Shown here: positions 1 to 9,797 of the stretch, one piece after another
Layout: each line of letters starts with the position of its first letter
How positions within the stretch are numbered: position 1 is the stretch's first letter
Assembly (NCBI GenBank): GCA_051294375.1
Contig: CM119266.1
Coordinates: 24,354,411 to 24,418,410, forward strand
Direction of reading: 5' to 3'
From: Paraspadella gotoi
Lineage: Eukaryota; Animalia; Chaetognatha
DNA length: 64,000 nucleotides
Position numbers and translations under genes: made by a program
The notes under the pieces: model-generated
Databases searched by the model: none
The model's input: the letters and a program-made list of their open reading frames with translations, nothing else
What the model was told of the DNA's origin: nothing

Positions 1-100
1 TAGAGAGCACTTTCTTTATTCCAGCATTATATTGTGTTTATTTTGAGTTTGTATTGCCCGGTACCTCGACAGTGACAACTTACCGACGGGAGAAAAAAAT

Positions 101-388
101 TCAAATTAACAAAGAACCAAGTTGAATCCATTCGGAACTTAATTGTGCGTTTAGTTGAATTTCTCTTTTGGTCATCTCCTCATCTTCGTCTCTCATCTGC
201 ACCACCGTCTCTGCCCAGAGGTCGGCTCCGTCTTCTCCGGCTTCGGCTTCCACTTTATATTCGCTGTTGGTTTCGTTCCTGGCGTTAGTCTTCTTGGCGA
301 CATTCTTCGCCTTGACTTCGTTGCTGGACATAAAGGTCAAAAGTAGGAGACCCACGACAATATGCTTCCTTAGCCGAGGCGAAATCAT
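101..388 (-). pseudogene. Element ORF A, truncated; signal-peptide-like N-terminus (RKHIVVGLLLLTFMSSNEVKA) and an N-E-T sequon
   Basis: ORF track. The 3' end is cut by the junction at ~110; the continuation (QLGSFKNSKYVTLHHTFRYQHGRPGVREIL) survives in the second copy at 2869-2950. Confidence 0.45.
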
Positions 389-509
389 GATATTTTCTTT
401 ATCCGCTTCCGTTAAATCTTTTACAACGACAATAAAAAAAAATATTAAAATTTTTTTTTTTTCATTTAGCGAACAAAAAAAGCGGAGTAAGTCTTCGTTT
501 TTTCAGGTT

Positions 510-983
510 GTCTAAAATCTACATCAAAATATTGGCGAGGACTGAAACGGAAATAAAAGAGACTGACGAAAAAATTATCGAACTTGAGAGAAAGATAAGA
601 TTGACATCGTTGCGAAAAAGAAAAACTTAGAGTTTATATTGAAAAATGAAATAAATTTATCGAATAATCTTTCTCAGAAAAGGGTAAGCTGAATTCCGGA
701 AAGAAAGAATGGATTGGTGCCTAGGCACAGTTGCAGACCTCAATCGGTGGAAGATGCAATGAGAAAACTAATGTCTTATGAAAACTTTTATCTGGAGCAA
801 CGAAAGAAAGAAAGAGACGACACGAAGATAAAGAAATTGAAACTCGATTATGAAGAGCAAAAAGAATACTTTGAAAGATGGATAGAAGTCCGGTATAAAC
901 AAAATAAAGTCTTCTCGAACTTTCAAAAAGAAATGAGAGCTCATACGAAGGAAAAAACTCACCAAAATAGATTAGATTATTAA
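510..983 (+). pseudogene. Element ORF B1, K/E-rich coiled-coil-like protein (~155 aa consensus), frameshifted
   Basis: KIYIKILARTETEIKETDEKIIELERK...AEFRKERMDWCL..CRPQSVEDAMRKLMSYENFY is reconstructable by comparison with the homologous 52138-52601. Confidence 0.55.
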
Positions 984-1029
984 ATGAAAGTCAAGTGTAA
1001 TGTTTGTTTGTTTGAGTCATTCAGCAATC

Positions 1030-1269
1030 ATGGCATACGAACTTACTAAAAACTTTCGTGAAAGAGAGAAGGTCAAAGCCGCAGCAGAGACCCCGAACAA
1101 TCTTGAGGATACGCTGGAAAAGCTGGAGACAAACGAGAAAGAATTTGAATTACTTTACTTCGATTACATAGCGCTTGGCTTTCCGATGACAATGTGGAGA
1201 ATTGCGTACCTGAAAAGATGGGCCGACATCATGGAGGCAGAAGGAAAATTCGTTCCAAAAGATGTTTAA
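1030..1269 (+). CDS. Element ORF B2, 79 aa, unknown function (MAYELTKNFRERE...WADIMEAEGKFVPKDV)
   Basis: Intact ORF with ATG 5 nt after a T-rich tract ending in TCAG; noisy homolog at 52662-52927. Confidence 0.55.
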   Translation: MAYELTKNFREREKVKAAAETPNNLEDTLEKLETNEKEFELLYFDYIALGFPMTMWRIAYLKRWADIMEAEGKFVPKDV

Positions 1270-1381
1270 CTACTTTAAAAAAAAACAAAAAAAAACTGAT
1301 GTTTGTCGGCATTAAGGGAATTTGTATGTGTCCATCTTTTTCGTTTGTCTTTCTTGTTTGAATTTAGTTTCCACAGTTATA

Positions 1382-1762
1382 ATGGATACGGCCCAGCTCG
1401 CAGTAAAGTTCGGCAAATTTGGCTTATTGGTGAGAGAAGTCGCCATCACAAACTCGGTGGACCGTAACCGGCCAAAGATCGTCATGAATGACGAACTACA
1501 ATCAAAGTAAGATCGAAAAAATCCGTTAAGATATGAAAAATTCTAAGAAATGTAGAGGGCTAAAAAATAAAAACAAAAGACGTCGAAAATTATTGATCCG
1601 AGACTTAGAGAAAAATAATCATATTTAATCGAAACTAACCAGTTAACTAAAGTAAAAAGCAATAGTTCGATAGCTAAACTTAAATATATTATTATATGAA
1701 TTTCACAAGTGGTCCCAGCCGCCGAACAGATTAAAGATAATGATCCAGACGAGGATGATTAG
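1382..1762 (+). pseudogene. Element ORF B3 (MDTAQLAVKFGKFGLLVREVAITNSVDRNRPKIVMNDEL...), disrupted; end uncertain
   Basis: ATG 5 nt after a pyrimidine tract ending in CACAG; homolog at ~53035-53520; multiple indels. Confidence 0.4.
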
Positions 1763-2868
1763 GAAGAAGTTCACGCCCGGAGAGAGAGACTAGTTGGCTA
1801 AATTCAACGATCAATATCTATTTGTTATCCGTCACGACTATCGCGATTATTCAAAAATTCATACATTTAAATTTCTTTATAATTGTTCATGTTGCATTAT
1901 TAAATTAAACAATGGACGCGTACTCCAAAGTTGATCTCGAGAACGATATCATGTGGGCGCCGAGCGACATCGAAAGGCAACAACTATTCAGTGAATTCCC
2001 GAATCACACGCAGCGTGTCATATGGCCTAGAGAGCACTTTCTTTATTCCAGCATTATATTGTGTTTATTTTGAGTTTTGTATTGCCCGGTACCTGACAGT
2101 AACAACTTACCGACGGGAGAAAAAAATTCAAATTACCTGAGAGAAAAGAAAAATTTAGGTGTAAATAAATAAATAAAACAACTGGCTACACAAATTCACT
2201 TAACAAAAACGACTAAAGAACTTCGACAAAAAATTGAGAAAAAAATTAAATTCAACCATCCATCAGAATTCAACACGAAGAATGAAAAATCGATTTTGAG
2301 GTTGCTTAGAAACGGAAGAGGAAAAGTTTTGATCGATAGTAGACAGTGTATAGTGGGATTAAGCAACGAACAAATTGACGGAACGTACGAAAACAATGTA
2401 AATAAAATTTATTTATTTCTGTATTGCAAATTGCATAAATGAAACATCAAATCGATTCGTTTTATACATACAGTGATTATTAACTGAACAAACAATTTAT
2501 CTTGTAAAACAAGAATGGGGAGAAGAAGACCAAAGAAAAACTTTTAAACCCAAAATAGTCAGAAAATGAGTTGTAGTACATGGTTTAGTGTAACGATCGG
2601 TTTCAACACCCAAGCATGCACTATTACGTCCGCATGCACCCATGATCCGGTCAAGATCAAGATGACGCCGGAACATTCACGGGGGGAGTCAGCGCCGGGA
2701 CATCGTCAAGAGAAGACAACGAATCAACGATTACTTCGAGCCGGGTGAAATGTTGCCGGGCACGAGGCAGCGGCGTCGAGCCGGGCAAAATGTTGCCGGG
2801 CGCAGTGAATGCAACGACAAGACAAGCGTCATCATGAAGACGACGCCGAAACTGTTTATAAGATCGCC

Positions 2869-3133
2869 TCAGCTCAAAATTTCCCTAACTCCAGGACGCC
2901 CATGTTGATAACGGAATGTGTGATGTAGTGTAACGTATTTCGAATTCTTGAAAGAACCAAGTTGAATCCATTCGGAACTTAATTGTGCGTTTAGTTGAAT
3001 TTCTCTTTTGGTCATCTCCTCATCTTCGTCTCTCATCTGCACCACCGTCTCTGCCAGAGGTCGGCTCGTCTTCTCCGGCTTCGGCTTCCACTTTATATTC
3101 GCTGTTGGTTTCGTTCCTGGCGTTAGTCTTCTC
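2869..3133 (-). pseudogene. Element ORF A, second copy (5'-deleted)
   Basis: 2951-3133 matches 111-293 and the frame extends to a stop at 2869. Confidence 0.45.
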
Positions 3134-3316
3134 GAGAGAGAGACTAGTTGGCTAAATTCAACAATCAATATCTATTTGTTATCTGTCACGACTATCGCGA
3201 TTATTCAAAAATTCATACATTTAAATTTCTTTATAATTGTTCATGTTGCATTATTACAGGAATTTAGTTTATTATTTAAAAAGTTCATCAAGAGATACAT
3301 ACTATTAAATTAAACA

Positions 3317-4517
3317 ATGGACGCGTACTCCGAAGTTGATTCGAAACGATATCATGTGGGCGCCGAGCGACATCGAAAGGCAACTATTCGGTGAATTCCC
3401 GTTTGCCAGGGATTTCGGGGAGGACGCCGCAGAAATAGAGACAATTTCGATCGCAACGTCAGAATCCGTCAGCAAGTTGATGGCGCCGCGGTATCAGCAA
3501 CCGGAGGCACAGTCATCAGTGGAAGATCTCGCCGCCCGCTTCTTAAATAAAAAGGCACAGCTCCCTCCTCATCGCCGGGCACTGATGGACTTCAGCGTCC
3601 CCATCATCATCAGAAGCGGCGATGAAATTTACTTTAAAGACGGGTTCCGCAGCGACGGCAACCGGGTAATGGTGAGGAGAATCTGGAGGGTGTGGAAAAA
3701 GGCGGCAAAGACCTGTGGTTGGACGGACGAGGAGTTCGACAAAATTGTCCAGAAGATAAGGGAAGGAGCGGACGAAGAAATGCTCCTTCGTCTCGCTAAA
3801 TTCGTTAGACCTGGCCAATCTTACCAGCATTCTGTTCAAGAGCCATCATTGACGACTGCGGCGACGTCTTCCACGCGCGTCGTTATCTTTGAGAACTCGT
3901 CGCCAGCGGTCCAGTACGAGAAAACGACCACAACGAAACCTCAAACGGCCTTCTCAGAGGAAAGTCTCTTAAGCAGCATGACGACATCTTCCCAAACAGA
4001 AGTGGATGGAGCAAGGCGGGCTCAGCTGGAGTCCCGGTGTCACCGGCAGAGCCAAGAGTTGCTGAAGGCGGAAATGGAGAAGGCGGAGTTCCGAATCAAG
4101 GTGGAGAGATTGGAGCAGGAGTAGAAGAAAGAGACGGAGAGGAGAATTGAAGCTGAAGTGAGGCTGGAAGGGAGGGTGCGAGAGGTAGAACAGAGGAGGG
4201 CGACCACCGAATGACTATGGAGCCAGACGTGCGGCAAAATGTATGACCGCCTGGAACAACTTTCATCCCCGCTGGAGACGAGGAGACGCTTGGCGTCGCC
4301 ATTCCGCGAAGAACCGCAATCCGATCTATGCCTGTCAAAGTTTCGTCCACCACCTGGCATGGAGCAGTTCGTCAACTCTCCACCTTGTCCACGTCATATG
4401 CCAGCGCCGAAAAAGAAATTGCCTACTCTTCAGCCAGTGTTGCCGCCTCCGCCTCCACCGCCGAGGCGAGAATATCCGGATTGGGCGAAGAAGGCCACCA
4501 AAAAGCGAAATCATTAA
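3317..4517 (+). pseudogene. Element ORF D, ~400 aa (MDAYSEVD...MWAPSDIERQLFGEFPF...coiled coil...PPPPPPPRREYPDWAKKATKKRNH), disrupted
   Basis: Frameshift at ~3340 (copy at 1912 reads GAT CTC GAG AAC in frame), TAG at 4122-4124 and TGA at 4212-4214 where the copy at 54544 onward has sense codons (CTG, CGC). Strong synonymous bias between copies. Confidence 0.75.
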
Positions 4518-4549
4518 ACTCTTTTCAACTGGAATTCCGTCGGCGTCGG

Positions 4550-4750
4550 ATGTCCGAATTGCCCGAGCCGGCCTCTCTAGAGCCGACCGCGAATTACACG
4601 CAGCGTGTCATATGGCCTAGAGAGCACTTTCTTTTATTCCTGCATTATACTGTGTTTATTTGAATCTGTATTGCCCGGTACCTCGACAGTGACAACTTAC
4701 CAGCGGGAGAAATAAATTTAAAATATCTGAGAAGAAAAAGAAAAATTTGA
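4550..4750 (+). pseudogene. Element ORF G (MSELPEPASLEPTANYTQRVIWPREHFLLFLHYTVFI...CIARYLD), frameshifted here
   Basis: Intact 65-aa version at 54972-55169; partial copies at 1-107 and 2001-2150; followed by an AATAAA cluster. Confidence 0.5.
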
Positions 4751-5262
4751 GTGTATAAATAAATAAATAAATAATAAAACAACTGGCTACACAAATTCAC
4801 TTAACGAAAACGACTAAAGAACTTCGACAAAAAAATTGAGAAAAAAATTAAATTCAACCATCCATCAGAATTCAAAAACGAAGAATGAAAAATTGAGTTT
4901 GAGGTTGCTTAGCAACGGAAGAGGAAAAGTTTCGATCGATAGTAGACAGTGTATAGTGAGATTAAGCAACGAACAAATTGACTGAACGTATGAAAACAAT
5001 GTAAATAAAATTTATTTATTTCTGTATTGCAAATTGCATAAACGAAACCATCAAATCGATTCGTTTTATACATACAGTGATTATTAACTGAACAAACAAT
5101 TTATCTTGTAAAACAAGAAAGGGGAGAAGAAGACCAAAAGAAAAACTTTCAAACCAAAATAGTCAGAAAATGAGTTAGTAGTACATGATCTAATGTAACG
5201 ATCGGTTTCAACACCCAAGCATGCACTATTATGTCCGCATGCACCCCATGATCCGGTCAAGA

Positions 5263-6288
5263 TCAAGATGATGCCGGAACGTTCACGGGAGGAGTCAGCG
5301 CCGGGACATCCTCAAGAGAAGACAACGAATCAACGATTACTTTGAGCCAGGCGAAATGTCGCCAGGCACGGAGGCAGCGGCGTCGAGCCGGGCAAAATGT
5401 TGCCGGGCCCGCAGTGAATGCAACGACAAGACAAGCGTCATCATGAAGACGACGCCGAAACGGGAACAGCCGGTCTCCAAGAGAATCGGCTCTGGAATCA
5501 TCGTCATCAAGTTGCGGCGCCGCCGTTCGAGGTGTCGTCAAGGTGACGACGCCGGCGGCGGCTCTGGAATCGTCGTCATTAAGTTGCGGCGCCGCTGTTC
5601 GAGGTGTCGTCAAGGTGACAAAGCCGGCGGCGGCTCTGGAATCGTCGTCATCAAGTTGCGGCGCCGCTGTTCGAGGTGTCGTCAAGGTGACGACGCCGGC
5701 GGCGGCTCTGGAATTGTCATCGTCAAGCGGTGCCGCCGTTCGAGGTGTCGTCGAGGTGACGACACTGGCGGCGGCTCTGGAATCGTCGTCAAGCTCTGGA
5801 ACCATTAACGTCAAGATGGCGCCACCGTTCGAGGTGTCATCAAGGAGACGACGCCGGCGGTGGCTATGGAACCTTCAAGGAGACAACGCCGGGTTAGCGG
5901 AAAGATGGAGCCGTCTTGGGACGTCAAAGGGGGGAGTCCGGGCCGTTCGGGCCGTACGGAGCCAGAGGAAACTACAAGGAGATGCCGATTGGGACAACTT
6001 GCTGAGCAAAACTTCATTGGGGTGGGGACATGAACTGGGGTTACATGCTGAAGGGGAATCGATCGCTGCAGCAAAGACATATGCCACTAGGGCGAAGACC
6101 AGCTGTACGTACGACCCCTCACGTACAGGGGGGAGTGTAAAGAGAGGTCGTACGGGCGAGCGACTTGGCGTCATCTCGTAAACAACGATCATTTGTTTGC
6201 CAGTTGTCAGGGAGTTAGAAATCCTCAGTACTGTTTTACGTGACGCCAGGGCGCTCCAGCTGACGGACAGAGGAAAACAAATAGGCAC
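5263..6288 (-). pseudogene. Convergent element ORF F with 24-aa Thr/Ala/Asp-rich repeats (DDDDSRAAAGVVTLTTPRTAAPQL), frameshifted
   Basis: Overlapping ORF pieces 5875-6288, 5811-6080 and 5263-5814. The repeat is open on both strands, so the strand is inferred. Confidence 0.35.
5488..5880. repeat. 72-bp tandem repeat, ~4 good units plus degenerate units
   Basis: GGCTCTGG unit starts at 5488, 5560, 5632, 5704 and 5773 (last interval 69 bp); degenerate continuation to ~5880. Confidence 0.95.
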
Positions 6289-7554
6289 TCCCCGGAAGAA
6301 GTCTACTAAGTATGATATTGAAATGAGAAATGATTAATTATTGTTTACTAATTTATTCTGCCTTGAAGGTCTTTAACCTACTTCACTACATTCCACATTG
6401 GCGATTACATCATCAATTCCGTTATTGACCGTGGACTCATCATTATTAGGGACATTTTAAGGCCGAGGCGTAAGAAAAGTCTTATTCAAATTCAAAAAAA
6501 TTGCTTTTTTGAAATTCGACCATGGCATAGTTGGGAGTTGAAAAATAAAAAAGTCAACGATTTTTTTAACCAGGGTGCAAAATCTGAAGTTGCAAAAACA
6601 AATTATAAAGCCACAGTATTTGATCATTTCATTTCACTCCCATTTGAAATCCATGTATATCTTCTTTAGAAACTTCCATAGAACGACAATTTTATTGTGT
6701 AAAGTTCAACCAACAATTGTGGCAGCAGCAACACCCGACCCCATCGGATCATCTCTCTCTCTCTCTCTCATTATCACTGAGAGATCACCGGTCACCACCA
6801 TTCTCTCCCGGCTGGCCTCAGTTTGTTGTTTATGGTTTTAGAATTTTTTTGGAATCAATTTCTGTTTTATTCATTGGAGAATAAATCATTCTCGATCTGA
6901 ACATCGTCCCGTTTATTTGCCACACAATCATGCTGATGGTTTGCATGGAAAACCCGTATCCCCTTAACAATCATTATCCGAAAAGAAAAACCAAAAAAAA
7001 ATTTTATGAGTCTAACGGTATCAAGAAACTTTTCAACAGCTTAATTTACACTGTTCTTTTGTAAAAAGATACTCGCTCCTCTTTCGCCAAACCATTGTAC
7101 TAACCACTAAAAACAAAATGTCATCTCATTCTAAGCAGAGTAAAAAGGAAAAAAAAGAAAATGTTTTTCATAATTTTCTAACGTAATTTCACTAATTTCA
7201 CACGTAAATAGCAAGAAACAGTTTTAACTGTTGAAAAATCACTTTCTTAGATTTTGTTTTTGTACTAGTTTGACTTTCATCTTTTAATTGTGGGTTTGTT
7301 TATACATAATAACTGCAACAAGTGAGAATCTGAAACTAAAGGTGTTATCAATATTAAAAATAAAAAATAATTTAAAAATAGACTGGATATTCGATAAATT
7401 TTTCAAAAAAAATTAAGAAAATACATGCAAACATAATACTCATATACGTATATACAATTATACATATACTACATAATACGTCATATTTTGTAAGTCAAGG
7501 AAAATTGCGTTTAAAAAAAAAACAACCTTATGTATGTTTAATAGCAGCGCAGCG

Positions 7555-8446
7555 TTAAGGCAACACTGCCATCGCGCCAGCGACGAAAACGTAAAGGAGC
7601 GAAAAGATGAAAAAGACGAGTCCATACCGACGGATCTCGTCGCCGACGCCGATCCCCAGCGCCGCTGAAATGACGGAACCCGCTGCAACGGGACCCAACG
7701 CCCGAGCCGCCAACGACGTGGTCAGCGCCGCCCCGTTGACGATCCCCAATCTACCGGAAGGGCTACGCTCGTTGAGCAGCGCCGCGAGACTCTGCCAAGC
7801 GGCTCCAGCGCAAGTTATTTGAAGGCAGTGGAGAGGAATGAGGAAGAATTGGTAGCGGAGGTTGGAGGGAGAGGGTAGGTTGAGGGAGTTGGGGGGAATC
7901 GCGGCGTCGAGTGATGAAGATTCATTGATCAATCTGTTAGTTTGGTAAAGTTGTGTCGCATTGATTCGCGAGGAGTTCTGGTGCGCGGTCACATCCACAA
8001 GCGTCATCGGAGGCACGCTGGTCGATTCCGCCAAAAGCTTTGTCGTCGGCAGCAGCAGGGCGAAAACCGCGGCGCCGATCATCCAGAAGACGGCGCTGCG
8101 CCGAAGCCCAATCCCCGCGGCGACGCGCGGAACGACAAAGACGCCAACGACGACCCCGGGTAGATTGGCGACGCCGGAGAGGATCCCTAAGGACGCCGTC
8201 GTCATTCCTAAGCCTCCGTGAGTCGAAGCGACGCCGGCCCAGAGAACGACGGCGTCACGAACGCCGATGAAGGCGAAGGAGAAGATGGCGTTGAGGAGGA
8301 GGAAGAGGAGGAGGTTGACGAAGGAGCATTTGGAGTCTTCTTCATCGCGATCGTCTTCTTCTTCGTCGGGGTCGTCGACGTCGTTGCCCCTCAGAATGGA
8401 GTCTCGTCTTTTGTCGTCCTTGTCTTTTTCCACTTCGTCGATGTTT

Positions 8447-8479
<33 letters not shown>

Positions 8480-8720
8480 GTGGACTGGATGAGGGAACTC
8501 GCTTCGCCAACGAGACATTCTCTCTTTTTGCCCTTCTTCTCCTCTTGTTTTTCCTTTTGCTTTTCCTCTTGCTTTTTATCTCTGCTTTTCTGTTTACTTT
8601 TATCCTTGCCCATGGGGATTTGGTCGACGAACGCGAGGACGAGAACGACACCGAAGAGACAAACGGCAGAAGGGAAGCCACTGATGCAGGGGAATCCGGG
8701 CGTGGGAAGGCGTTGGTCAT
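7555..8720 (-). CDS. ZIFL/YCR023C-like MFS transporter, exon 3
   Basis: Acceptor AAACAG|AT keeps phase; charged central loop, further TM segments, LGIVNGAA...ARALGPVAAGS; TAA at 7555. Spliced CDS 397+321+1166 = 1884 nt = 627 aa. Confidence 0.88.
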
Positions 8721-8830
8721 CTGTTTGGGTCAATAACGATTGTAAGTATCATTAAAACAAATAAAATGCATCGGTGGTCCTACGTTTTACTTTATCATCC
8801 TCCCTCTAAGCGGACCCACCCTCTCCTTAC

Positions 8831-9151
8831 CCGCCACGAATCCGGCGATAAATGGACCCAAAAATAGACCCAACGTCGACCCGGCGAAGACGATGGCCAC
8901 GTTTCTGGCGTGGGTGGCGGCGTTGTTAGCGGCGTCCGCCGTTTGAACGCGGACGCCGGACATGACGCCGTCCAGAGCGCCGATGGTGACTCGCCAGGCC
9001 AGCGCCGCTTTGAGGGACGAAGAGGCGCCGAAACCCATGCAGGCGGTGCCGATCAGAAGGAGGGAAAGAACGAGGATGCAGCGCTGACCGAATCGATCCG
9101 AAGCTAAACCCCAGAGAACGCTGGTCACCATGGCGCCCATGTGGTAGGAGC
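8831..9151 (-). CDS. ZIFL/YCR023C-like MFS transporter, exon 2
   Basis: Acceptor TATAG|GC; GSYHMGAMVTSVLWGLASDRFGQR (MFS motif A), WRVTIGALDG, GLFLGPFIAGFVA (motif C-like); donor G|GTAAGG at 8830. Confidence 0.9.
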
Positions 9152-9178
9152 CTATAGTAGGGAAAAATAATCAAACAG

Positions 9179-9179
<1 letters not shown>

Positions 9180-9257
<78 letters not shown>

Positions 9258-9269
9258 AAAAAAGAAAAA

Positions 9270-9312
<43 letters not shown>

Positions 9313-9393
9313 GAATGAATGAATGAATGAATGAATGAATGAATGAATGAATGAATGAATGAATGAATGACCATAAATCAATCAATCAATCAA
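9180..9393. repeat. Compound tetranucleotide microsatellite (AAAG)n-(ATTG)n-(AATG)n-(AATC)n filling MFS intron 1
   Basis: Read directly from sequence. Confidence 0.95.
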
Positions 9394-9400
9394 TTCCAAC

Positions 9401-9797
9401 CCATCAAGATCCCGGCGTTTCTCGCGACGTCATCTTCCTCGAACCCAAAATCACGGATCATCTTCGGCGCCAAACTGAAGATCATCGCGTAGACGCAGAC
9501 GCTGCCGCAGACGGCGGTCGCCAGTGCCGCAGCGTACAGCGTCGAATCCAGCATCGACGCCGAAGGAGCCGAAAGCGTCCGTCGCGGAGGAATCGGTGCG
9601 GACGGCGGCGTTGTCGACAGCTGCTGCGGAGGAGGAGGCGGCGGCGGAGGTAGCGGCGTCACCGATTCCGCCGCCGGAGTCTCCGCTTTCGCGACCACGA
9701 AGGAAGTCGTCGCTATTTCGGGCGTCGGCTCCGCATTGATCATCCACGTCTCTGTCGTCGTTTTCTTCTTTATAAGGGAGGACGTCAGCGTCGTCAT
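9401..9797 (-). CDS. ZIFL/YCR023C-like MFS transporter, exon 1
   Basis: ATG at 9797; ...MIFSLAPKMIRDFGFEEDDVARNAGILM G|GTTGGA donor at 9400 (phase 1). Confidence 0.85.

Larger units (their letters stand above)
1..6290. mobile_element. Head-to-tail array of internally deleted copies of an unclassified multi-ORF (virus-like/TE-like) element
   Basis: Near-identical internal blocks: 1-107 = 2028-2135 = 4618-4720; 111-293 = 2951-3133; 1781-2001 = 3135-3401; 2001-2852 = 4591-5461. A diverged copy lies at 52135-55671. Left end is outside the window and right end is not defined. Confidence 0.75.

Noticed and set aside
487-506. 20-nt GTAAGT...TTTCAG micro-intron (and a 26-nt one at ~52078-52103)
   Set aside because: Host introns here are over 100 nt and no upstream exon can be shown; may be a deletion remnant. 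Only the acceptor is retained as an observation.
2869-2950. LHHTFRYQHGRPGV resembling an integrase zinc-binding HHCC motif
   Set aside because: No following CxxC or DDE core, and it lies downstream of a signal-peptide-like N-terminus.
5488-5880. CRISPR-like array
   Set aside because: Units are contiguous near-identical 72-mers with no unique spacers, in a eukaryotic context with no cas genes.
7607-9739. Plus-strand ORFs opposite the MFS gene
   Set aside because: Antisense shadows of GC-rich coding sequence.
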